DNA of 64,000 nucleotides from contig JBBCJC010000005.1 of the NCBI GenBank assembly GCA_037189525.1, forward strand, positions 672,001 through 736,000. Direction: 5' to 3'. Each line of letters starts with the position of its first letter. Within the stretch, counting starts at the first letter, position 1. Below the pieces are notes generated by a model. That model was not told where the DNA came from. It made no database searches and worked only from the letters and a program-made list of their open reading frames with translations. Below, piece after piece: positions 1 to 9,801 of this stretch. Position numbers and translations under genes: made by a program. The stretch is from Gemmatimonadales bacterium. Its GTDB lineage: Bacteria > Gemmatimonadota > Gemmatimonadetes > Gemmatimonadales > GWC2-71-9.

Positions 1-519
1 CTGGCGCGGGACGGCTACGTCGAGCGGATCGCGCGACGAGGCTATCGTGTCCCGGCCGAGTCGGTCGATCGGTTGCTGGAGCTGTATCCGATCGTGGCGG
101 CGCTCGAAGTGCTGGCCGGCGAGCTCGCCTTCCCCCGGATCGACGCGGCGACGATTGCCTTACTGCGCGAAGCGAATCGCGAATGCATCGAGGCACTCGC
201 CGCCAAGGACATCCGCGCCTCGATCCATCTGAACCACCGATTCCATCACCTGCTGTCGGAACCGTGCGGCAACCGGCAACTCTGCGACCTGCTGGATCAG
301 CTCCGCGCCCAGGTCGTGCGCCTCGAGCTCTGGTCCGCTTCGCAACTCGAGCATGCCATCGAGGCGACGCATCAGCATGACGGCATCATTGCCGCCATCG
401 AGCAGGGGGACTTCCCCACCGCGCTGGCGCTCCTCAAGACCAACCGGCTGCAGACCTACACCGCGTTCATGCAGGTGACCGGACGCGCCCCCACCCCTGC
501 TCAAGTCCCCGGACGATAA
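1..519 (+). CDS. GntR/FadR-family transcriptional regulator (5' truncated by window edge)
   Basis: Frame +1 is open from base 1: LARDGYVERIARRGYRV (end of wHTH), then FCD-type motifs 'NHRFHHLL...GNRQL' and 'HQHDGIIAAIEQGD'. Confidence 0.85.
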   Translation: MARDGYVERIARRGYRVPAESVDRLLELYPIVAALEVLAGELAFPRIDAATIALLREANRECIEALAAKDIRASIHLNHRFHHLLSEPCGNRQLCDLLDQLRAQVVRLELWSASQLEHAIEATHQHDGIIAAIEQGDFPTALALLKTNRLQTYTAFMQVTGRAPTPAQVPGR

Positions 520-2627
520 GCCCGCGAGAGATTGGCCTTGATCTCGTCCAGCGTGAACCAGATCGGTTTGAACTTCCCCGCGGCAAATAGCGGCGCCTGA
601 TCGAAGAAATGCGGCGAGGCAGGATCGCCGCTCTGTCCGAAAGGTGTAATAGAGAGAGAGCGGATCGTCGGCCCGAACTCGATCACGGCCACGTATCCCG
701 AACCGCTCCCCGCATACCTGCGCTTGGTGCCGGTGTTGGGCGCCATGCCGAGGGCAAAGATGGTCCCGACTCCGCTGCCATCCGCCGACGGCAACGGCAG
801 GCTGGGACGATCATCGCGATAGGCGCTCTCGCCGTTGCGCTCGCGAGGGCGCTGAAGCCGGTGATGCTCACCGAGCGGGACGCGCTCGGTCCCGAAGGCC
901 GCGCGAAGCGAGTCGCGCACCTGCTCGAGCGCCGTCATCCTGAACCAGGTCGTCGTATCCGCCCTGGCCGATCGGGCGCCTGCCAGCCACTGGTAACGCG
1001 TAAACCAGAGCGCCGGCACCGACGACACCGATCCTCTGCGATCCCACGCGACCAGTTCCTTCACCATTGGCGACAGCGCCGCGGCGCGATCCGCATCGAA
1101 AGCGCCAAGATGACGCCATTCGTCTTCGATGAGGGGAATCTCCCGATCCGCTGCGTAGAAGCGGGTGTCGAACGCCATCGCCGCCCAGCGCTCGAACGTG
1201 AACTTCTCCGGGCCGGCCAGGAGCTGCCGCGAAGCTCGGGCACGCCAGTTGTCGGAATGCAGCGCGATGTACGGCGGATAGTCCTTCCGATCGGGGTTGG
1301 CGCCGGCCGCGGTGGTGAGGAACGGCGTGGAATTGGTGTTCTGCATCCAGCCGGCCGGCGGATTGAGCACCTGCGGCATGTCATCCGGCGTGTGGTACCC
1401 CTGCCAGTCGGTGCGCGGGTCGGTTCCGTCCACCGGCTTCGACCAGTCGAATGAGGGATCGCGCCGAGGCACCGCACCGGAGTGGATGAAGAAGATGTTT
1501 CCCGCCTGGTCCGCATATATCACGTTGTGGTGGACCAGGCCGTTGATCGCGAACGCTTCACGAAACTCGGCCAGGTTGCGCGCCTTGCCCATCGCATACC
1601 ACTGCTGCAGCGCGCCGCCCCGATCGAGCCCGCCCATGTTGACGGCGAGCCGCTTACCGTTCCGCTCGCCTACGAGCGGACCATGGTGGGTCTTGCGCAG
1701 CGTGACGTGGCGGGTCTCGAACCCGCTCGCGGTCTTGACGCGCAGCGAGTCCCGCCATTCGACGGCGAGCCGGTGACCGTTGCCGTACCGGTAGGCGAGC
1801 GGGCGGGCCGGATCGTCGAAGACTTCCTCCCAGACGTCCGACATATCGGAGCTGTTAACGGTGAGCGCCCAGCCGAGATGCGCATTGTGGCCCTTCACCG
1901 GCACGGCCGTCATGGCGTACGCAGTGAGGCCCGTCATGTTCCAGCCCTCGTCGCTGATCCAGTGACTCTCATAGAGCGGCAAGAGCGGTGTGTGCGGGTT
2001 GACGAAGAGCATCGGATAGCCGGACGCGCTCTTGGCGGCGCTCACAGCCCACATGTTCGACCCCTCGTCCTCACCTCTCGGCGCCGGCTCGACGATTTTG
2101 GCCAGCGCGCGGATGTCGACGTCATCGGTCTGCAGGTTCAAGCCCCGATACATCGCGAACAGCATCCAGCCCTCGTACCGGATCGCGATCCTGGGCTTCA
2201 CAGCGGGGTTCTTATGGAGAAAGAAGTTGGTACCGTCGGCCCAGGCATCGACCAGTGCCTTGATTTGGGTGCTGCTGGCGGCGTACTCCTCCCGGCTCCG
2301 CCGCTCCACTTCGAAGGCACGAACGAAGATGTCCCAGCCAACCCCGTCCTCACCCTGGAGTTCGGCGAGACGGCCCAGCGCCTGGATGTACGCCGGCTCG
2401 GTTTCCTGGAAACGATCCTCCGCCCTGGCGTAGGCCATGCCGAACATGGCGTCGGCATCGGTCTTCCCGTGGACGTGCGGCACACCGTAGGTATCGCGAT
2501 AGATGGTGACTCGGCGGGCCAGACGATCCCATCGAGCCACGTCCGCTCGCGAGGGACGTTCCTGACCTGATGCCGTCCCGGAAACCCCGACCAGCACCAG
2601 TAAGGCAAGACGAGCGGCCAGAGGCAT
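501..2627 (-). CDS. Penicillin acylase family Ntn-hydrolase, secreted
   Basis: 'RDTYGVPHV', 'GMAYARAEDR', beta-chain start 'GSNMWAV', 'NPH', 'GQSGDPASPHFFDQA'; signal peptide; GGAGGA SD before the ATG at 2627. Confidence 0.92.
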   Translation of the reverse strand: MPLAARLALLVLVGVSGTASGQERPSRADVARWDRLARRVTIYRDTYGVPHVHGKTDADAMFGMAYARAEDRFQETEPAYIQALGRLAELQGEDGVGWDIFVRAFEVERRSREEYAASSTQIKALVDAWADGTNFFLHKNPAVKPRIAIRYEGWMLFAMYRGLNLQTDDVDIRALAKIVEPAPRGEDEGSNMWAVSAAKSASGYPMLFVNPHTPLLPLYESHWISDEGWNMTGLTAYAMTAVPVKGHNAHLGWALTVNSSDMSDVWEEVFDDPARPLAYRYGNGHRLAVEWRDSLRVKTASGFETRHVTLRKTHHGPLVGERNGKRLAVNMGGLDRGGALQQWYAMGKARNLAEFREAFAINGLVHHNVIYADQAGNIFFIHSGAVPRRDPSFDWSKPVDGTDPRTDWQGYHTPDDMPQVLNPPAGWMQNTNSTPFLTTAAGANPDRKDYPPYIALHSDNWRARASRQLLAGPEKFTFERWAAMAFDTRFYAADREIPLIEDEWRHLGAFDADRAAALSPMVKELVAWDRRGSVSSVPALWFTRYQWLAGARSARADTTTWFRMTALEQVRDSLRAAFGTERVPLGEHHRLQRPRERNGESAYRDDRPSLPLPSADGSGVGTIFALGMAPNTGTKRRYAGSGSGYVAVIEFGPTIRSLSITPFGQSGDPASPHFFDQAPLFAAGKFKPIWFTLDEIKANLSRAYRPGT

Positions 2628-2664
2628 CGATCCTCCGCGAATCGTTAGACCACGATCAAATTGT

Positions 2665-2680
2665 ATATTGTCGACAATAT
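2665..2680. promoter_or_regulatory. Perfect 16-bp palindrome ATATTGTCGACAATAT, likely GntR/FadR-type operator
   Basis: Exact inverted repeat in AT-rich DNA ~40 bp upstream of the acylase start; GT-N2-AC core typical of GntR-family sites. Confidence 0.65.
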
Positions 2681-2767
2681 CACTTGTGGAAAGTCTACGC
2701 AAGACCAATCCATACGGGAGCAAACCGCAGCACGTCGCGACCGAGCAAGTTCTTAATGGCCTCGAGC

Positions 2768-4585
2768 CTACATCGCGTCCCCGGGAACAGCGAGACCAAC
2801 GGCCTTCATCAACGCCAGCGCATTGCTCCGGCGCACCACCCCGGGCTTGAGTCGATAGTCGAACTCGAGCTGGCCATCCACCAGGATGTCCTCGAGGTGC
2901 CAGTTCTGCGCCCGGGTCCCCAAACGGTCCGCACTTTCGGTCAGGGCCAGATCGTGGGTCGTCACCACTCCCACCGCCCCGAGATCCACCAGGCCATGGA
3001 GGATGCCGCGCGCGCCGATGGCCCGGTCGTGGGAGTTGGTTCCGCTCAGCAGTTCATCGAGGAGAAACAGAACCCGCTGTCCCGACTCCGCCGCCGCGAC
3101 GATATCCCGCAGTCGCAGAATTTCCGCATAGAATCGCGAGCGACCCTCCAGCAACGATTCCCGGAGGACCAGCGACGCGCCGAGCGACCACTGCCCGGCG
3201 CGGAGCCCATGAGCCCGCACGGGCGCGCCGGCGTAGGCCAGCACGAGGTTGGTGCCGATCGCCTTGAGCAGAGTGCTCTTGCCCGACATGTTGGAGCCGC
3301 TCACCATCAGCAGGCGGCACTCCCCGCCGAGCGTCAGATCATTGCGAATCGCTCGCTCGGTGGGCAAGAGCGGGTGTGCCAGGCCGGTCGCTTCGATCGG
3401 CTCGCCGACGCCGAGTATGTCCGGGAAGTGGTCGCCGGGGCACTCGAAAGCGAACGTGGCCAGCGACACCAGCGCTTCCAGTTCGCCGACGCCGTCGCGC
3501 CAGTCGGCCGCGCCGGTGCCGATCCGTTGCCGCCAGCGTTCCACGCCAACCGCCAGCTGCGTACCGAGCATCAGCAGCGCCGCCAGCGGCGCGAACAGTT
3601 GGTTACGACGCGCGTCGGCCAGATCGGTCAGCCGCTCGAGCCGGCGAATCTGGAGCGCGGCAGACCCTTCCCCGCCGTACCAGGACGCTGCCAGCGACGC
3701 CAGCCGCGCGCTGGTAAAGGATTCCGCCCGCGCCCGATCGACCAGCGTCGCCAGCACCCGAAGCTCACGCACCGGGCGATCGACCGATTGCAACACCCGG
3801 CGCACCCGCTCGCGAACGGCCAGGCCGAGCGCAATGCCGATCGCGTAGGACAGCGCCGGCACGAGGCCAGGCACGACACCCATCAACGCCAGGATCGTCG
3901 TGACCACGTTGGCGAGGGCCACGACCATGGCGACCGGACCGATCCATCCGGCAAACGGCACCGGTGGCGCCGCTAGCCAGGGCCGCAACACCGAGGCATC
4001 GAGGACGTCGCGTACCTCCGGCGCAGCAACAGCGAGGTCGTGACGCAGCGCATCCTTGCCCGCCAGTTCGCGAACCGCCTCCTGTCGCTCGCGCACCACC
4101 GCCGCGGGCGCCGGCGTCAGTAACCAGGCAGCCAGCGTACTCGCCCCGCCTTCCGTGCCCGCGGTCGACAGGTACTGGAACAATGAGCCCGGGCCGAACA
4201 GCTCGAGATCGTCGGCATAGAGGTGGGACTCACTCCGGAACCGGGCGCCATCGTCGCCCCCCTCGCGCCAGCGGTGCTCCAGGCGGGCCACTCCGCGTTC
4301 ATAGTAGGCGACCGATCGCGCCAGGCGCTCCCGCCGGCGCGCAATCCGTTCGTGCCAGACCACGAGCCCTATGAACAGCACCGCGAGCCCCGCCACGATC
4401 CAGATGGCCACCCCGCCGCGCGCGATTACGGTCGCTACGGAGGCCACGATGCCGGCGAGAAAGACGCCGAGACGCACCAGCCCGACGCGCTCGAAACGGG
4501 CGCTCTCTTCCGCAAGCTCCGCACTGACCTGGCTCAGCCGCTGGTCATAGATTCGGCGCGGATCGTTCTCCATTGCACTCATCAC
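2768..4585 (-). CDS. Membrane-anchored MutS domain V ATPase protein
   Basis: Walker A 'SGSNMSGKST', 'SRFYAE', Walker B 'FLLDELLSGTNS', 'TTHD'; TM helices; no mismatch-binding domain. Confidence 0.88.
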   Translation of the reverse strand: MMSAMENDPRRIYDQRLSQVSAELAEESARFERVGLVRLGVFLAGIVASVATVIARGGVAIWIVAGLAVLFIGLVVWHERIARRRERLARSVAYYERGVARLEHRWREGGDDGARFRSESHLYADDLELFGPGSLFQYLSTAGTEGGASTLAAWLLTPAPAAVVRERQEAVRELAGKDALRHDLAVAAPEVRDVLDASVLRPWLAAPPVPFAGWIGPVAMVVALANVVTTILALMGVVPGLVPALSYAIGIALGLAVRERVRRVLQSVDRPVRELRVLATLVDRARAESFTSARLASLAASWYGGEGSAALQIRRLERLTDLADARRNQLFAPLAALLMLGTQLAVGVERWRQRIGTGAADWRDGVGELEALVSLATFAFECPGDHFPDILGVGEPIEATGLAHPLLPTERAIRNDLTLGGECRLLMVSGSNMSGKSTLLKAIGTNLVLAYAGAPVRAHGLRAGQWSLGASLVLRESLLEGRSRFYAEILRLRDIVAAAESGQRVLFLLDELLSGTNSHDRAIGARGILHGLVDLGAVGVVTTHDLALTESADRLGTRAQNWHLEDILVDGQLEFDYRLKPGVVRRSNALALMKAVGLAVPGDAM

Positions 4586-6075
4586 GGCGCCGGCGGTACC
4601 GTCCGGCGGACCGGCCTGCCCGGCAGCACACCCTCGACCAGTTGCCCGTCGCGCACCACGAAGACGCCGTTCACCATCACGTGCGGAATCCCCTCCGACG
4701 CCTGGGTCGGATTGTCGAACGTCGCCCGATCGATCACCCGCGCCGGGTCGAACATGGTCAGGTCGGCGTCGGCGCCGACCTTGATCCGGCCCTTGCGCTC
4801 CATCTCGGGCACCGCGGGGCGCAGCCGCTCGGCGGGCAGATATGACATCTTGCGGAGCGCCTCCATCAGTGTGAGCGCCTGCCGCTCGCGCACGTAGCGG
4901 CCCAGCACCCGTGCGTAGGTACCGACGCCGCGAGGATGCCCGCGCCCGTCGATCAGCGGGACCGCATCGCTCGCGATCATGATACCGGGATGCGCGATCA
5001 GCGAGTCGACCGCGGCCTCGGGGATGACATAGGCGATGATCCGACCACCCTGCCGGCGATACCGGGCAAAGCTGGCCTCGGTGAGCCGCTCACCGGTGGC
5101 GGCCCACTCGATCGCGTCGTAGTCAACGCCCAGCCGTTCCCGCCAACCGGGATCGAAGATCGCCGCCTCGAGGTTGGTGGAGGCAGCTGCGTACGGATAC
5201 ACCTCCGTGGTCACGTCGACCCCACGCGCGCGCGCCGCATCGATCATCGTGGCCAACTTGGGCGCCTGGCTCAGTCCGCTGCTGCCCAGGTGGACGATGT
5301 GCAGCGACGCGCCGCTGGTGAGCGCGTCGGAGAGCATCTCCTGAATCGCGCCAAAGCTTCCGGCAGGCTCGATCAGCCCCATCCCGCGCACATGGACGTA
5401 AATGGGTATCCCGTTGGCCGCCGCGAGTTCGAAGAGCCGGTAGATCTCCTGCGGACTGGCTGCGGGCGTATAGTTGATGCCCATCCCGATGCCCAGCCCG
5501 CCCTCCCGAATCCCCTGCTCGACCAGCGCGACGAGGTCGGGAAAGGCCTCCGGCTCGATCGGTTGATGCGACCACGCCGGAGATCCAGCCGGGGTGAGCC
5601 GTCCGATGGCCGGATCGTCCTCCGACGTGGCCCCGGTGATGTGCCTGATCCGGGCCTGGACGTGGCTGACCGTCGCCCCGTAATTGATCAACCCCGTCTT
5701 CGCTCGCTCCGCATACCACTCGGCCACCGGCCAGACCCCGCCCTCCATCTCGAGCGCGGTGGTGACGCCGTCGCGCACCTGCCAGCGGTTGCCCTCCAGA
5801 TCCTGCATGTGGGCGTGGAGATCGATGAAGCCGGGCGCTACGACGAGGCCCGACACATCGACCTCTACGGCCCCGCGGAGCGGATCGGTCGATACCGCGG
5901 CAATCCGGTCGCCGCGGATCCCGACGTGCCGAACCGCATCGAGCCCCGACTCCGGGTCCATGACGCGACCGCCGGAGAGCACGATGTCATAGGGTTCGCT
6001 CGAACCGCCGCCGCACCCCGCCATGCCGAGCCAGGCGCACACGCCCAGCATCGCCAGTCGTTTCCTCAAGGCCAT
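4582..6075 (-). CDS. D-aminoacylase-like amidohydrolase, lipoprotein
   Basis: 'APGFIDLHAH', 'ASDA...HPRGVGTYARVLG', 'GADADLTMFDP'; lipobox LGMAGC; SD before ATG 6075. Confidence 0.88.
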   Translation of the reverse strand: MALRKRLAMLGVCAWLGMAGCGGGSSEPYDIVLSGGRVMDPESGLDAVRHVGIRGDRIAAVSTDPLRGAVEVDVSGLVVAPGFIDLHAHMQDLEGNRWQVRDGVTTALEMEGGVWPVAEWYAERAKTGLINYGATVSHVQARIRHITGATSEDDPAIGRLTPAGSPAWSHQPIEPEAFPDLVALVEQGIREGGLGIGMGINYTPAASPQEIYRLFELAAANGIPIYVHVRGMGLIEPAGSFGAIQEMLSDALTSGASLHIVHLGSSGLSQAPKLATMIDAARARGVDVTTEVYPYAAASTNLEAAIFDPGWRERLGVDYDAIEWAATGERLTEASFARYRRQGGRIIAYVIPEAAVDSLIAHPGIMIASDAVPLIDGRGHPRGVGTYARVLGRYVRERQALTLMEALRKMSYLPAERLRPAVPEMERKGRIKVGADADLTMFDPARVIDRATFDNPTQASEGIPHVMVNGVFVVRDGQLVEGVLPGRPVRRTVPPAP

Positions 6076-6184
6076 GACACACTCCAGAAGAGGCTTGGCA
6101 CTGCCGCCAACGACATGCGACCGATCCGGGGGGATCGTCCCCGTCACGGTCGCACCGATTTCGAAGAGAAACGCCGCAGGGAGA

Positions 6185-6850
6185 TCAGGTCGGATTGTCG
6201 ATCGGTTCGCTGGCCGTCAAATCCGGCAACCCGGCCAGGAGGGAGCCCAACGCCCGCTCCCAGAACCGCCCCAAATCCCGCAGCATCTCGACCCACTGGC
6301 TCTCGACCAGCGCCCGCGAGCCGAGTTCCATCGCGCTGATCGGACGGGCCGCGAGCAGCGGCTGGAAGATAAACGACGTTAGGCGACTGCGGATTTCGCG
6401 GGGATCGGTGGCCTCGCCGATGATGGGCCGAGCCGGGTCGGCAGGCTGATCCCGGAGGCGCAGCTCCAGCTGCACCAGTACGCGGATCAGCGGCCAGGCC
6501 GCCATGGGAATCGTGATCCGTCGCGCGGCCGAGGTCCGCGGGTCTTCGATATAGCCGGTCCATCCGACCAGCGGAACGGTCCCGTCGTCGGCCGCCGTCC
6601 CCTCGAAAAACCAGTCGATCGGCAGGTGATAGGTCCGAGCCAATCGCGCCAGTGTTCCCCCGTTTGGCTCCTTGGCCCGACCGGCGTGGATCTCACGCAG
6701 CGACTTGTACGGCACCCCGGCATGGACCGAGGCGGCAAGGAGATCACCGTCGTGGACATCGTCGACCAGCCGGCGAACCCGGGCAGTGACTTTCATCCAC
6801 ACTGCGCGGTCCGACCGGGACGCGCGCGTGAAGCATCGCTCTTTCAGCAT
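6185..6850 (-). CDS. XRE-like HTH domain protein
   Basis: 'AASVHAGVPYKSLREIHAGRAKEPNGGTLARLARTYHLPIDWF' resembles an XRE HTH; C-terminal half unrecognised; start could be 6796. Confidence 0.6.
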   Translation of the reverse strand: MLKERCFTRASRSDRAVWMKVTARVRRLVDDVHDGDLLAASVHAGVPYKSLREIHAGRAKEPNGGTLARLARTYHLPIDWFFEGTAADDGTVPLVGWTGYIEDPRTSAARRITIPMAAWPLIRVLVQLELRLRDQPADPARPIIGEATDPREIRSRLTSFIFQPLLAARPISAMELGSRALVESQWVEMLRDLGRFWERALGSLLAGLPDLTASEPIDNPT

Positions 6851-6981
6851 GGGGATGTCGTCGTTGGAGCTTCCTAAGATTATTCCATGCGTGCGAGAGC
6901 GCTAGAGGGCGCTCGCAAGTCGTTATACGTCGCAGTGTTGCATTTCGTTGAACTCTGGTTGATCCGGCCCCGCTATCCTGG

Positions 6982-7254
6982 ATGACCCTTGTCCTGCGAC
7001 GGCCGATGGTCGACTACATCGCATTCTCGATGCACTGCGCCACCTGTCACCATTGGACCGGACAGCGCCGCCCCGAAATGATGGGCGGGCGGATCTACAC
7101 GCCGCGCCACGCCACGGTCGGGACCTGCGATTGTCCGACCGGCCATTGGCGCGGGCGCCTCAAGCCGGGTGAATCGAATTGCCCCCACTGGGCCCAGTGG
7201 AACGTGATGCGCGAATTCACCGGCCCTCCACCCGTCCGGCCGCCGGCGACCTGA
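6982..7254 (+). CDS. Small Cys/His/Trp-rich hypothetical protein (possible metal binder)
   Basis: CxxC...CxC...C pattern, host-like codon usage, fills the intergenic gap. Confidence 0.55.
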   Translation: MTLVLRRPMVDYIAFSMHCATCHHWTGQRRPEMMGGRIYTPRHATVGTCDCPTGHWRGRLKPGESNCPHWAQWNVMREFTGPPPVRPPAT

Positions 7255-7326
7255 TCAGCGAGGGGATGGCCTCGACTCTCGGTCGCTCCCGGTCTACCCT
7301 TCTCTGATGCACCCACTTGCTTCCCG

Positions 7327-8283
7327 ATGGCGCGCCGGAGCGACGCCATGACCGAGCGCGTTGCCTCCCACGTCCTGATGGTGGCGCCCTATCAGTATCG
7401 GTCGAACGCCGAAACCGCTGAGTCCAACGTCTTTCAGCACGACGTCGACGCTCACCGCGCTGCGCAGCTTGCAAAGCTGGCCGTGACGCAGCACGCCGAG
7501 TTTCGCAATCGCCTGATCGACCATGGCGTGATGGTCACCTGCATCCGGAGCCTGGACGCCACGCCCGACGCTCCGTTCTGTAACAACTGGTTCTCGACCC
7601 ATCCGTCCACCGACTTCGGCCGGGAGAGCACCCTGGTGCTCTATCCGATGATGGCCCCGAGCCGGCGCCTGGAGCGCCGCGCCGAGCTGATTTCGCTGCT
7701 CAGGCAGCGGTATCCCCGAATGGTCGACCTCTCGCCGCACGAGCAGGAGCAGCTCTACCTGGAGAGCACCGGAAGTTTGTGCCTCGACTCTCGGGCGGGC
7801 GTGGCCTACGCCGCCGTGTCGGCGCGCACCGACCTGGGCCTCGCGCGTATCTGGGCCGCGGAAATGGGATATCGCCTGGTCGCCTTCGAATCGACCGACG
7901 CGACCGGAACGCCCTACTATCACACCAATGTGATGATGTTCCTCGGTCACGGCCTGGCCGGTATTTGCCTCGAATCGATTGCCGAGCACGCCGGTGATGG
8001 TCTGGCCAACCGGGAAACCGTGGAGGCCAGCCTTCGCGAGGGAGGCTACGAGGTCATGCCCATTACACGGGACCAGGTGCTGGCCTACTGCGGCAACTGC
8101 CTCGCGCTCGTCAGCGACAACGACGACCGTCTCTTCGCGATGTCGAGCACGGCGTACCGCGGGTTCACCGAGATCGAACGGCATCGGATCCATCGGCACG
8201 GTACTATCGTCCACGCCGAACTCGACGCCTTCGAAACCCTCGGCGGCGGTTCGGCCCGATGCCTCCTCGGCGAACTGTACTAG
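7327..8283 (+). CDS. Amidinotransferase/arginine deiminase-related protein (CtlX-like)
   Basis: 'FCNNWFSTH', 'YLESTGSL', 'YHTNVMM', C-terminal 'GGGSARC' with catalytic Cys; start may be 7348. Confidence 0.88.
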   Translation: MARRSDAMTERVASHVLMVAPYQYRSNAETAESNVFQHDVDAHRAAQLAKLAVTQHAEFRNRLIDHGVMVTCIRSLDATPDAPFCNNWFSTHPSTDFGRESTLVLYPMMAPSRRLERRAELISLLRQRYPRMVDLSPHEQEQLYLESTGSLCLDSRAGVAYAAVSARTDLGLARIWAAEMGYRLVAFESTDATGTPYYHTNVMMFLGHGLAGICLESIAEHAGDGLANRETVEASLREGGYEVMPITRDQVLAYCGNCLALVSDNDDRLFAMSSTAYRGFTEIERHRIHRHGTIVHAELDAFETLGGGSARCLLGELY

Positions 8284-8324
8284 TCGATCTTCGTACTACC
8301 ATCACTCATGCAACGGGCAACGCC

Positions 8325-9755
8325 ATGATCAACCGTACGGCATCGGTGCTCTCACTCGCAGCAGCCGGTGCCCTTGCCGCGCAGGCGCCGCGCCAGCTCC
8401 AACCCATGGTCGCGCGCTACGTCAGCGTCAACGAGCCGGTCGTGGCGCTGACCAACGTCCGGCTGATCGACGGCACGGGCACGCCGGCTCGCACCGGCCA
8501 AACCATCGTCATCAGCGGCGACAAAATCACCGCCGTGGGTCCGGCCGCCAGCACGGCCATTCCGAACGGCGCCCGGCGAATCGACCTGGCGGGCCATACC
8601 GTCATGCCGGGCATCATCGGGCTCCACGATCACATGTACTACAGCTCGGCCGCCGGCGGCTCGATGAAGCCGATGCTGCAGAGCTATCCGCGCCTCTTCC
8701 TGAGCGCCGGCGTGACCACCATCCGGACGACCGGCAGCGTCGACTCCTATCAGGAACTCAACCTCAAGCGCTCGATCGGACAGGGCGAACAGCCCGGACC
8801 CGACATCTTCGTGACCGGTCCGTATCTGCAAGGCCCCGGTCCCGGCCCCGGCGCAATGCACCCGCTGGCCGGCCCCGAAGATGCCGCCCGGTTGGTGCGC
8901 TACTGGTCCGAAGAGGGCGTCTCCTGGTTCAAGGCCTATACCCAGATCTCACGGGCCGAGTTGGGCGCGGCCATCAAGGAGGCGCACAAGCACGGCGTCA
9001 AAGTGACCGGCCACCTCTGCTCGGTCGGCTTCCGCGAGGCGGTTGCACTCGGCATCGACAACCTGGAGCACGGCTTCCTCGACAATCTCGAATACTTCCC
9101 CGGCAAGCAGCCCGACAACTGCCCGTCGGATTTTGTCACCCAGCGGAAGGTGTACGGCGATCTGGACATCAACAGCGCCGATGTTCAACGCACCATCCGG
9201 GAAATGGTGACGCGCGGCGTCAGCATGACCTCGACCCTCTCGGTCATCGAGCTGGGGTCGGGCCGTCCGGTACCCCGCGACCCGCGGGTGCTCGCGGCGC
9301 TCTTCCCGGCTGCCGCGGCCTCGGTCGATTCGTTCTACACCCGCACGGCAACCCAGACCGATCCGGTCGCCACCAAGGCGTTCAAGAACGGGATGGCCTT
9401 CGAGCGGGCGTTCGTGGCGGCGGGCGGACTGCTCGGCGCGGGCTCGGACCCGTGCTGCCTCTCGGCGATTGCCGGGTATGCCGATCAGCGGAACTATGAG
9501 CTTCTGGTGGAAGCCGGCTTTTCGCCGGAACAGACCGTCCAGATCATGACGCAGAACGGCGCGAAGATCCTCGGCGTCGCCGATCGCGTCGGCGCGGTTC
9601 TGCCGGGCCAGGAAGCCGACCTCATCGTGCTCGAGGGCGACCTGAGCACGAATCCGGGAGTGATCCGCAACGTGGTGACGGTGTATAAACGGGGGTTGGG
9701 CTACGATGCCGCCAAGCTCACCGCCGCCATCAAGGGTTTGATCGGCCTCCGCTGA
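8325..9755 (+). CDS. Secreted amidohydrolase
   Basis: 'MPGIIGLHDH', 'GVTTIRT', 'LEHG', 'GQEADLIVL'; signal peptide. Confidence 0.88.
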   Translation: MINRTASVLSLAAAGALAAQAPRQLQPMVARYVSVNEPVVALTNVRLIDGTGTPARTGQTIVISGDKITAVGPAASTAIPNGARRIDLAGHTVMPGIIGLHDHMYYSSAAGGSMKPMLQSYPRLFLSAGVTTIRTTGSVDSYQELNLKRSIGQGEQPGPDIFVTGPYLQGPGPGPGAMHPLAGPEDAARLVRYWSEEGVSWFKAYTQISRAELGAAIKEAHKHGVKVTGHLCSVGFREAVALGIDNLEHGFLDNLEYFPGKQPDNCPSDFVTQRKVYGDLDINSADVQRTIREMVTRGVSMTSTLSVIELGSGRPVPRDPRVLAALFPAAAASVDSFYTRTATQTDPVATKAFKNGMAFERAFVAAGGLLGAGSDPCCLSAIAGYADQRNYELLVEAGFSPEQTVQIMTQNGAKILGVADRVGAVLPGQEADLIVLEGDLSTNPGVIRNVVTVYKRGLGYDAAKLTAAIKGLIGLR

Positions 9756-9765
9756 CGATTTCGAA

Positions 9766-9797
9766 ACGGGCGCCGGGTTTCCTGATCCGGCGCCTGT
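9766..9797. terminator. Stem-loop between convergent genes
   Basis: ACGGGCGCCGG...CCGGCGCCTGT inverted repeat. Confidence 0.55.
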
Positions 9798-9801
9798 CGC
9801 A

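Noticed and set aside
7036..7050. CxxCH (CATCH) as a c-type heme site
   Set aside because: No signal peptide for periplasmic heme attachment; the additional Cys residues fit metal binding better.
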